In this document: positions 52,644-63,780 of the stretch, in pieces
Layout of the letters: each line of letters opens with the position of its first letter
Numbering within the stretch: the first letter of the stretch is position 1
Source: Octopus sinensis
Lineage: Eukaryota
Assembly: GCF_006345805.1 (NCBI RefSeq)
Contig: NC_043000.1
Location: 140,244,001-140,308,000, forward strand
Direction: 5' to 3'
DNA: 64,000 nucleotides
The notes under the pieces: model-generated
What the model was told of the DNA's origin: nothing
The model's input: the letters and a program-made list of their open reading frames with translations, nothing else
Database searches by the model: none
Made by a program: the position numbers and the translations under genes

Positions 52644-53689
52644 CTCAAATTCTATATATCAAATTTTCTCAATTTCTATATACCAAATTCCCTTACAAGA
52701 TATTAGTTGGTCCAGAAGATATATTAGAAGGTACTTGTACAAGTTGCCACGCAGGGGGGTTGAACCGAAAATTAAAAACAATTACAAGCAATCTACACAA
52801 CCATACCTGAATCTACAATATAGTTAGACATGGCACAGACAGAATTTAAATATAAATCTAATTAATATAAATCCGTATGCTGGGAAATATTGTCGACATT
52901 TAGATAAATAAGAAGAGTTATGTGGAAGGAACTGTAAAAAGATATTCAGTCATGCTAATCTCTGCTTCCTTCTTTCTGTGTCCTTAGTATTTTAGGTATG
53001 ATTTCCTCAAGACAATAAGCACTGATTATACATAGCTGACAATAGAATGATTTCTCAATAATTCCCCTAAGTTTTCCAAACTGACATGTACATACACAGA
53101 AATCACAATAAGTACTTAAACCACACTCTAACATTATCACTACTCATGCCAACCTGGCTAATAGTATCAATTGAAGCAGTACTACTTCACTTTTTGCATT
53201 TATTTCCCTAACAGTAAACACCCACCACCATCTACCATACATTTGGCACAAACTACTTATGTGTTCCTTGAAGAGACAAAGTGGTCTTTATATTGGTAAT
53301 AAACCGAGGATTGTATTGCCTTTGAAATGAAATAAGCAGATTTTCTGTCACCTGTAATGCACAAGGGTAATTCTATGTGTGACATTTCTTTAGAATTAGT
53401 TTCTCTTTACTCAAATATTCAGCCAACTTTGCTCTTTTAAAGAGTTGCTGTAATATCAAGGATACTATACGTTCTTTGACAGGTTTCACGTTCTACACCA
53501 ACATATGATATCTAACTGAGAACTTGTGGAAGGCTTTCGCTTTGGACATTACATCTTTATGGCTTCATTTACAAACTAGATGTTCTACTCAAGTACTATA
53601 TTCGATGGATTTTTTTCTATTTTCTTTTAGATAGCTGTGACATTGTATCTGTGCATGTGTGTGCTTCAGTGTTTGTGCATGCATATATG

Positions 53690-53703
53690 TGTATACATGT
53701 ATG

Positions 53704-53775
<72 letters not shown>

Positions 53776-53787
53776 CATATTATATAC

Positions 53788-53869
<82 letters not shown>

Positions 53870-53968
53870 CATATATATATTATATATACATATATATATA
53901 TACATATATATAGTATATATATATATATATAATATATATATATATACATATAATATATATATATACAT

Positions 53969-53999
<31 letters not shown>

Positions 54000-54040
54000 T
54001 ATATTATATATATTATATAATATATATATATATTATAGCT
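53690..54040. repeat. (TA)n-rich microsatellite
   Basis: Direct reading. Confidence 0.95.
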
Positions 54041-54405
54041 GCTTTTCAAAATATATGCTCACATACATAAGAATATAAAACACAGATACATATGTTTGTG
54101 TGTATGTATGTATAAATATATGCATACATAGCATTTCAAACATTTATAGCCACACATATATGTACATGGTCTAATAAAGATAATGCTTAAAACTCTGTAA
54201 ATATTTTAAAGTATAAACTTGAGAGTACATACAAGTTTATACAACCACAGGAGACTGTATGGTTTAGAAGCTCACTTTGCAATCATGTATTTTGGGTTCA
54301 ATCTCACTGCACTGTACCTTGCAAAAATGTCTTCTACTTTTGGCTCAAGCTAAATAATGCTTTGTGAATGAATTTAGTAGATAGAAGCTGTGTGAAAGCT
54401 CATGG

Positions 54406-54496
<91 letters not shown>

Positions 54497-54522
54497 CTAT
54501 ATATATATATATATTATATATA

Positions 54523-55450
54523 TCATCATCATCATCATCATCGTTTAACGTCCGTTCTCCATGCTAGCATGGGTTGGACGGTTCGACTGGGGATCTGGGA
54601 AGCCAGAAGGCTGCACCAGGCTCCGGTCTTATCTAGCAATGTTTCTACAGCTGGATGCCCTTCCTAATGCCAACCACTCCGTGTGTGTAGTGGGTGCTTT
54701 TTATATGCCACCTGCACTGGTGCCAGGCGAGGCTGGCATCGGCCACGGTCGGATTGGTGCATTTTACGTGCCACCTGCACGGAAGCCAGTCGAGGCGGGA
54801 CTGGCTTCGGCCACGATTCGGATGGTGCTTTTTACGTGCCACCGACATGGAAGCCAGTCGAGGCGGCGGTGGCATCGGCCACGATTCGGATAGTGCTTTT
54901 TACATATCTCCAGTCTAGGGGTCCTAGCATCTGCCGGGTGCCAGTCATAGGATTGGTTCAATTTCGATTCCGATTTCACTTGCCTCAACAGGTCTTCGCA
55001 AGCAAAGGGGGGTAGGCATAGGTGCCTGTCATTGGATGAGGTTCGATATCGACTTCGCTTGCCTCAACAGGTCTTTGTGTGTCCAAGGGAGGAAAGGCAT
55101 GCATAAGTGGGCTGGACTCACTTGTCCTGCCTGGTCTTTTCACGCACAGCATATTTCCAAAGGTCTCGGTCGCTGGTCATTTCCTCAGTGAGACCTAAAG
55201 TTCGAAGGTCGTGCTTCACCACCTCGTCCCAAGTTTTCCTGGGTTTACCTCTTCCACAGGTTCCCTCCACTGTTAGGGATTGGCACTTTTTCACACACCT
55301 ATCTTCATCCATTCTTGCCACATGACCATACCAGCGCAATCGTCTCTCTTGCACACCGCAACTGATGCTCCTTAGGTCCAACATTTCTCTCAGGGAACTA
55401 ACGCTCTGTCGAGCATGCACACTGACATTACACATCCATCGGAGCATACT
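54523..55450 (-). mobile_element. 5'-truncated RTE-LINE: ORF end plus complete 3' UTR
   Basis: MLRWMCNVSVHARQSVSSLREMLDLRSISCGVQERRLRWYGHV..GRGKPRKTWDEVV (55118-55447) runs into the UTR with ~62-bp subrepeats and (GAT)n. This shows the common UTR repeat is a LINE tail. Confidence 0.93.
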
Positions 55451-55456
55451 GGCTTC

Positions 55457-55523
<67 letters not shown>

Positions 55524-55867
55524 TATATGTATATATACATATGTACATATGTATGTGTTAGTATATTTGTGTTCATCCAACCACTGCTATTTGCTGTTTA
55601 TGCCCCTATAACTTGGCAGTTCAACAACAGAAACCAATAGAATAAGTACTAAACTTAAAAATAAGTATTGGTACTGATTTATTCAAAGTGTACCCTTCAA
55701 AGTGTACCCAAGTACAGCTATAGTTCAATGAATAAAACCAGGAAAGCGTATGTATATGTCAGCACACATACACCTATGTACATACATACATGCATACATA
55801 CGTACATACATACATGCATGCATGCATGCATACATACATACATACTTACACACACACATATATATAT

Positions 55868-56008
55868 GGTCGACTTTGCCTTTCATCCTTTCGGGGTCGA
55901 TAAATTAAGTACCAGTTACGCACTGGGGTCGATGTAATCGACTTAATCCCTTTGTCTGTCCTTGTTTGTCCCCTCTGTGTTTAGCCCCTTGTGGGTAGTA
56001 AAGAAATA
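55868..56008 (+). mobile_element. SINE family S2, 5'-truncated
   Basis: ggtcgactttgcc...gtgggtagtaaagaaat. Confidence 0.88.
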
Positions 56009-56316
56009 ATATATATACATACACACAAACCCTGTCAATACATACAAATGAAACATTACTAAACATACTTAGATATCTGGTTTGAATTGATGTGTGGCAA
56101 TAGCATTGCTGGCTGCCCACCCCTATCTGTCCAATCATGTAGCATTAATCTTCTATAGCATTTGACAGTCAACCCAATCTGGTCAAACTATTTGCTAGTC
56201 ATTTTATTGGGATTACCTGATGTCTAAAGCCTGTTTAGCAATGCAGTAGCAGGTGGAAGAGGAGGAAAAAGCAGAGGAGGATGGGTTCAGAAGGTGGAGC
56301 AGCAGCAGTGGAAAGT

Positions 56317-56685
56317 GGAGGCGCAATGGCCCAGTGGTTAGGGCAGCTGACTCGTGGTCGGAGGATCGCGGTTTCGATTCCCAGACTGGGCGTTGTGTGT
56401 GTTTATTTAGCAAAAACACCTAAAGCTCCACGAGGCTCTGGCGACTCCTGTTGCACTCTTTTGCTCCAACTTTCTCTCACTCTTTCTTCCTGTTTCTTGT
56501 CCCCGACTTCCTACGCAACCGCTGAGGCTGGATGCGCATTCATCCATCCGTCGATGCTCTCAGTGTTGGGGGTTGACCTGCTTTCTCTTCTGCGGGTCTT
56601 ACGAATAGCAAAGGACCACGTTTCGGACTTCTCCCACTACAATTGGACGAAGACTGCTTTGCTTAACAAACAAACAAACAAACAA
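56317..56685 (+). mobile_element. tRNA-derived SINE family S3 (alternative 3' half)
   Basis: Same head and body as 10032-10412, different tail, ends in (AAAC)n. Confidence 0.88.
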
Positions 56686-57383
56686 GCAGCAGTGGCAGTC
56701 CTAGTACATTTCTAGCTCTGTAAGAATCTATGTGTATAGTTAGACATATATTATGAGCAGCAAATGTTGATGAAAACAACTAATGTAATTCTCTATGGTT
56801 TGACACAAACCTAAGTTCTGCACTGGCTATTGTTATCAGAAACACAAATGTACATTGTGAAGACACTATTTACACTTTTCACACATAAACTGTGAACTAA
56901 CAAAGGAGTTTCTATATTGACACTTGACATGGTAGAAAAGGAAATCAAATTTACATTTAATCCCACTCAACTATCTTAATGAGCTGATAGATAATGCTAC
57001 AATGGATAAAGTGGTATTACATACATGATGTCTCAATAAATTAGAAGGTCACCTTTGAGGATAGGTCTCCTTTATCAGAGCCAACATGTGACTAAAGAAT
57101 AACTCATAAACCTTGAATCATCAAAAGAATTATCTACACAGTAAGCAGTAAATAGTTGAAAATGAAACTGAATCTCATAAACTATGATCCATTCTACATA
57201 ATCTCAGAGATCATCCAGAAATTACAATAGAGGTATTTTATAGAAAACATTGCTGTTAATCTCAAATTCTTAATCGATTGTTTTTCATTTCTCTTTTGTG
57301 CAATACAGTTACATACTACAGCTGACCTGATTTCTTCTTATTGTACTTTTCTCTATCTTTCTTCTTACTGTGTTTGTTACAGT

Positions 57384-57801
57384 CGAACCAATTCTTCTAT
57401 ATGGCTCAGAAACCTGGACGTTATCAAAGAAGCTTGAGAGGCAGTTGGATGGAACCTACACCCGCCTCCTTATGAGAGCTCAAAATCTCTCGTGGAAGCG
57501 CCATCCAACCAAAATGCAAATATATGGGAAACTACCACCTGTGTCATCTCTTGTGAAAGGTAAGAAAGTCCAGTTTGCTGGACATTGTCGTAGAGCTGAA
57601 AAAGAAGTAATTTCTACTCTCCTCCTCTGGAAGCCATCTACTTGCAATACCAGAGGGTGCACACTCTCCTACCCTGATGTAATCTCCAGGGATACAGGCA
57701 TCCAGCAACAGGACCTCCGTAATACCATGATGGACCATGAAGTCTGGCGTAGCATGGTAAATTCCATTGTCTCGACCACAGTCGAACAATGATGATGATA
57801 A
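57384..57801 (+). mobile_element. 5'-truncated RTE-like LINE with 15-bp TSD
   Basis: VEPILLYGSETWTL..LDGTYTRLL..QFAGHC..LLLWKP; tgtgtttgttacagt at 57369-57383 and 57802-57816; (GAT)n tail. Confidence 0.92.
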
Positions 57802-58409
57802 TGTGTTTGTTACAGTTATTTTTATTATTTCTATTTCCACTATTCACGATTTTGTCATTTATGGTGCTATTATCATTAGTATTTATACCATCTTCGCTTT
57901 TATATTCCCCACCTGTGCTAATGTTGATATTATATCAAGATCTTCCAGTCATTGTTATTCCACCCACTAGTTTTATCGTATTCCTTACTCCCAGGTCCAT
58001 ATTTTGAACCATATTTTCCTAATCTATGCTTTCCCTATTCAGGTTTCTATTATTAAGCTTGTGAATATGGTATTCCAAGTTATATGATGTTGCATATGAC
58101 AATTTCACCATATGCCAAAATACCTACTAGATTTAGGAAAGTAACTATCCAATGTAGAGAAAAATACCCTAGCAATTTTGGATGCCACACGTAATCTGAA
58201 TATTGGATTAAACCATAATATACCACATTTAGTCGATTTATTATTAGGTTTAGTGTAATCTTTCTCATTCTTAGAAGAGTTATTTCGATTAGAATTACAG
58301 TTGTTTTTTTTTTTTTTTCTATTCCTTACTCCTTAATAATTTTATTTTTATTTCACTATTACATCTATTACATCTATCACTATTACATCTATCAATGGAA
58401 ATAGTAGTT

Positions 58410-58866
58410 GTGATACCTGTGCCGGTGGCACATAAAAAGCACCATCCGAATGTGGCCGTTGCCAGCGCCGCCTCGACTGGCTTCTGTGCCGGTGGCACAG
58501 AAAAAGCACCATCCGAACATGGCCGATGCCAGTGCCACCTTGGCTGGCTTCTGTGCCGGTGGAACAGAAAAAGCACCATCCGAACATGGCCGATGCCAGT
58601 GCCACCTTGGCTGGCTTCTGTACTGGTGGCACGTTAAAAGCACCAACCGATCGTGGCCAATGCCAGAACCCCACTGGCACCTGTGCAGGTGGCACGTAAA
58701 AAGCACCCACTACACTCACGGAGTGGTTGGCGTTAGAAAGGGCATCCAGCTGTAGAAACACTGCCAGATCAGACTGGAGCCTGGTGCAGCCCCTGGCTTC
58801 CCAGACCCCGGTCAAACCGTCCAACCCGTGCTAGCACGAAAAACGGACGTTAAATGATGATGATGA
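58410..58866 (+). mobile_element. RTE-LINE 3' UTR with ~60-bp subrepeats
   Basis: Repeated aaaagcaccatccgaa..ggccgatgccagtgcc units, then aaacggacgttaaatgatgatg. Confidence 0.88.
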
Positions 58867-59229
58867 TATTACATCTCAATTCATGATTTACGTTTTTCCT
58901 TTCCATAACAGAGGTGAAATTGTCATATGTGACATCCTGTAATCATGATTACTCAAAACTGAACTTAAAATGAGGTGATTACTTTTAATAACAAGTTAAT
59001 ATTGTTGTTTATCTGTTTTATGTAATGGTTATTATAATTTGAAAGTGCTGATAATAGTGAAATGATAGTAATATATTATTTATGAGAAATTGCTGTTATG
59101 ATATTTTTGGTGTCATTACTGCTGTTTACATATGTATACACATTAGTATGAAATAAACATTCATAAAACTATAAGGAGTGTGTGGGAGTAAAAGCATTAA
59201 TGTAACTTAATGATATAAAACAGGAATAA

Positions 59230-59804
59230 TTGCCAATAGTTGGTATGTATGTATGTATGTATGTAAATGTGAAGGACAATACGTAGGTTTGAAGGATAAA
59301 AGTAGAAGTACATATATAGAAAAGAGAGTGTGTGTGTATGTATGTATGTATACATATAGACATGTATATGAATATAACTGTATGCATATGGTATGTGTAC
59401 GTGTGAGTAGATATGAAATATGTGTAAACGTGTATGGTTGCATATATATGTGCACATATAGGAGTGTGTGTGTGGTTGAGCATATGCATATATGCAGATG
59501 TACGTGGGGGGTGCATGTGTGCATGTGCATGTATGTACATGCACACATATGCAAATTCTATGAGCATTTTTTACTTCCCCCTTCGGGTTTTTTCTCTTTA
59601 TTTAATGGTCATTCTAATGGCTCTTTTGTTTGTCTTAATAACGGTCATCTACATAGTAATTTCCCTTTGTTTAACGGTCATTTTCACAGCATTTTGTTAT
59701 TGCCTTGATAACTGACGCGATGCCAGAGCAGATTTCCGCTCCGACAGCCGAAACTCAGAGTTTTATTATAGCAACTGAATAATTGTCACATTATATTACA
59801 GATA
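59230..59804 (+). mobile_element. Hammerhead-terminated, TG-microsatellite-bearing element (family C, copy 2)
   Basis: Shares the ttaa(c/t)ggtcat subrepeats, hammerhead flank and ttgtcacat..tattacagata end with copy 1. Confidence 0.8.
59702..59772 (+). ncRNA. Degenerate type I hammerhead motif (family C, copy 2)
   Basis: gccttgataa CTGACGC gatgccagagc-agatttcc-gctccgacagcc GAA actc-a-gagt T ttattatagc; core A9 is mutated. Confidence 0.6.
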
Positions 59805-59865
59805 AATTCCTCTATTTACATAATATCAGGGTCTTATTCATTCTTTTGTTGTCATATTATTACAG

Positions 59866-60280
59866 CACAGGAGTGGCTGTGTGGTAAGTAGCTTGTTTAC
59901 CAACCACATGGTTCCGGGTTCAGTTCCACTGCATGACACCTTGGGCAAGTGTCTTCTACTATAGCCTCGGGCCGATCAAAGCCTTGTAAGTGGATTTGTA
60001 AACTGAAAAAAAGCCCGTTGTATATATATATATATATATATATATATGCGTGTGTGTGTTTGTGTGTCTGTGTTTGTCCCCTAGCATTGCTTGACAACTG
60101 ATGCTGGTGTGTTTATGTCCCCATTACTTAGCGGTTCAGCAAAAGAGACCGATAGAATAAGTACTGGGCTTACAAAGACTAAGTCCCGGGGTCGATTTGC
60201 TCGACTAAAAAAGGGGGTACTCCAGCATGGCCTCAGTCAAATGACTTAAACAAGTAAAAGAGTAAAAGAGTAAAGAGAGT
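59866..60280 (+). mobile_element. SINE family S1
   Basis: Full-length copy. Confidence 0.9.
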
Positions 60281-60773
60281 ACACCAGGACATTATCCTGC
60301 TGGGGTAAAATGATGACCATAGGTTTTTTTGAATAAAAACATTTACAGACAATAGAGATAATAAATACTTCTATCATGAGTTAAAAAAGGAGACAAATTT
60401 ACAACAGAATAAAAAGAAAGAATGTTAGATTTGATCAATATTTGTACATTTGATTTTCCATTAAGGAAATTAGGTCTACTTGTTTTGTAGTTTAAAAATT
60501 TTTATTTTACCACCATTATATAGTTTTTGGTATCTATAACTTGAGTTGCCTTGAATCTGTAAGCTAGTGGGTAAAGAGAGTGCTAATTATACAAAGGTAT
60601 ATAAAGAGATGAAAACCTGAACGTGATCTACCAGTGCACTCAAAGCAGTCTACCTGATGACATGCTGGACCAAATGAAGGAACCCTCATGAAGCTGCCCT
60701 GACAATAATTCAAGGTCGCATTTGCAACTCTGAGTAGTTGCTGCAGCAGAAACACATGTATATTATTACAATA

Positions 60774-61156
60774 TCTTTATATATAAAAGTAAGGTTGTGT
60801 GTCTGGCTACTCCGATTTAGATTCCTAACTACTCCCACATTTTGCGGTGTAGTTTAACCAAAACCGGGTATTTTATAGTCGTGATTTATATCGAGCCCTT
60901 CTGGGTATTAGCACGCGTCTACGATTTTAAAAATAATTTACCATAATTTTTTTCCATTTTAATGCATATTTTTTTAAATATAAGGGAAGTAACTCTCTAA
61001 AAATGTCTACGATGAGTCAACGATTTTAAAAAAATTTACCATCATATTTTTTCCATTTTTAATGCATTTTTTTGCTACTTTTTGGCTATAACTCTCTAAA
61101 AATGCTTTATAGTTATTTCCCTTACAAACCCGAGCAACGCTGGGCGATACTGCTAG
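60774..61156 (+). mobile_element. Non-autonomous Helitron (383 bp)
   Basis: A|TCTTTATATATAAAAG start, subterminal hairpin cccgagcaacgctggg (61129-61144), CTAG|T end, internal ~100-bp duplication. Confidence 0.88.
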
Positions 61157-61212
61157 TGCTATATATAGCTATAAAATAAATTTTAAGAATGCACAAGTCA
61201 CCATATCCTTTA

Positions 61213-61920
61213 TCATCATCATCATCATCATTATCATTGTTTAACGTCCGTTTTCCATGCTAGATGGGTTGGATGGTTCGACTGGGGTCCGGGAAGCCAG
61301 GAGGCTGCGCCAGGCTCCAGTCTGAGCTGGCAGTGTTTCTACAGCTGGATGCCCTTCCTAACGCCAACCACTCCCTGAGTGTAGTGGGTGCTTTTTACGT
61401 GCCACCAGCACAAGGGGCAGAGGAGGCTGGCAAATGGTCACGATCAGTTGGTTGTTTTTTACGTGCCACCGACACGGACGTCAGTCAGGAGGCACTGGCA
61501 TCAGCCACGTTTGGGTGGTGCTTTTTACGTGCCACCATAAATCAAATTTCCATTTGATTTTTATTTTGATGTTGATGTTGACGTACTTGACTCAATAGGT
61601 CTCCTCAAGCACAGTGGGTCACTCTACGATCCAAGGTTAGCACAGCAGGCCATCCTGCGAGCCATGAACTCACTTCAGCATATCTCAGGTCTCGGTCTTT
61701 TGTCATTTCCTCTGTGAGGCTAAACATGCCATCGGCACGGGTATCATAACCACAATATCCATTTGATTTTTATTTTGATGTTGATGCACTTGACTCAATA
61801 GGTTTCCTGAAGCACAGCAGGTCACCCTACGATCCAAGGTAAGCACAGCAGGCCATCCTGCAAACCATGACCTCACTTCATTTGTCAAGTCTTCACAGTC
61901 ACAGCATATCTCCAGAGGCA
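61213..61920 (-). mobile_element. RTE-LINE 3' UTR with internal duplication
   Basis: Family motifs; the ccatttgatttttattttgatgttg..cacagcaggccatcctgc block occurs twice. Confidence 0.85.
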
Positions 61921-62180
61921 TACTCCAGATAATTTTTATCATCCAGCGAAGTGTACAAGGAATTAACCATTGGAAGAATTCACAGAATGAATAACAAGAA
62001 ATTGTAGTCACAGATGTTAAATACTGATCACACTGATCATTGTGGTTAGCTGTTTAACTAGAAGTTCACCAATAACTAATATGGTATCTGACCAGATATA
62101 TTCCTCCAAACTCACCTATATATATATATATATATATAGGGAGAGAGAGAGAGAGAAAGAGACAGAGAGACATACATACA

Positions 62181-62216
<36 letters not shown>

Positions 62217-62922
62217 TGCACATGTACCATACATCAATTGTTTCATCATCTGTATATGTATTTTTCCTTGGGTTTAATGAAAAGAGCTGCTTTTTCTATA
62301 TAAATAGTTAAATCCATTACATCATTACAACACCTTCACTCTCTGAGGCTATTTAACAACAACATTAACAAAAACTGTAAGTCTGATTTTTGTTGACATG
62401 ATGTTTCAACAAGTTTCTCACAAACAATTAACTGTCTGAGATTTATTTCACTTCAACAAGTTACTTATTGTATTTCCTAAATTGTGTGCATTCTAATTTT
62501 TATTTTCCATTTTATTTTTATTATTTTTATTAACCTTTGTTACTTAAATAATGTCATGATACTAATTTCAATTTCGATGGCTATACAAAATCAAATGGAA
62601 CAAAAAATTTTAAGACAGGCTACTCTTAAATAAGCACAACAACCTGAAAAATTAAGTTGAGAATAACATTAGCAAATTCATTAGAGTGTCAGATAGAATA
62701 CCTAATGGTCTTCATTCTGATTCCCTTAACTGTGAGTTCAAATCCCACCAAAGACAGCTCTCCCCTTCATCTATTTATGGTCAATAAAAAAAACAAAACA
62801 ATTTAATATAAGGGTTGATTTTTTTCTTTTTCACTGTTTTTCTCCCAGAAGAAATTAGATTAGGTTAAATCTGATGAAGAAAGAGAGTTTCCGGTTTAAA
62901 TCGCTCACAGCATTCAATATAT

Positions 62923-63267
62923 ATTTCTTTATTGCCCACAAGGGGCTAAACATAGAGGGGACAAACAAGGACAGACAAAGGGATTAAGTCGATTCCATAA
63001 TGAACCTAGAAAAATGAGGTGGGAATCAAGCCTCTTATTTCTTTATTGCCTACAAGGGGTAAACATAGAGGGGACAAACAAGGACAGACAAAGGGATTAA
63101 GTCGATTACATCGACCCCCCCCTCCAGTGCGAAACTGGTACTTTATTTATCGACCCTGAAAGGATGAAAGGTAAAGACGACCTCGGCGGAATTTGAACTC
63201 AGAACGTAACGACAGATGAAATACCGCTAAGCATTTCGCCCGGCACGCTAACGAGTCTGCCAGCACG
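62923..63267 (-). mobile_element. Composite S2 SINE insertion with 15-bp TSD
   Basis: cagcattcaatatat at 62908-62922 and 63268-63282 brackets a full S2, a 42-nt captured segment and a partial tail. Confidence 0.88.
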
Positions 63268-63372
63268 CAGCATTCAATATATGTCATGCTGATGTCTCTA
63301 TAAATTCATAACTAGTTAGGCAATGGCATAGCTGTGAATGGGCTCAGGTGTGGTTGTGTGGTAAGAGGCTTG

Positions 63373-63780
63373 CAGGGAACGTTAGCTGGCAGAAACATTA
63401 GCACACCAGGCGAAATGCTTAGCGGTATTTCGTCTGCCATTACATTCTGAGTTCAAATTCCACTGAGGTCGACTTTGCCTTTCATCCATTCGGTGTCTAT
63501 AAATTAAGTACCAGTTATGCCCTGGGGTCGATATAATCGACTTAATCCATTTGTCTGTTCTTGTTTGTCCTCTCTGTGTTTAGCCGCTTGTGGGTAGTAG
63601 AGAAATAGGTATTTCATCTGCCGCTACGTTCTGAGTTCAAATTCCGCCAAGGTCGACTTTGACTTTCATCCTTTTGGGGTCGATAAATTAAGTACCAGTT
63701 ATGCACTGGGGTCGATCTAATAGACTTAATCCCTTTGTCTGTCTCTTCTATGTTTAGCCCCTTGTGGGCAATGAAGAAAT
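63373..63780 (+). mobile_element. S2 SINE dimer inserted in a decayed S1 SINE (63343-63990)
   Basis: 10-bp TSD aagaggcttg at 63363-63372 and 63781-63790. Confidence 0.88.

Noticed and set aside
52988-52995. Plus-strand 8-nt microexon-like signal with a strong acceptor (others near 7680, 12031 and 42264)
   Set aside because: Cannot be chained into any frame. It shows the background rate of pseudo-exons, which is why the minus-strand model gets low confidence.
60728-60765. Hammerhead-like GAAACACATGTA preceded by tgctgcagca
   Set aside because: The core reads CTGAGTA rather than CUGANGA, and no stem I can form.
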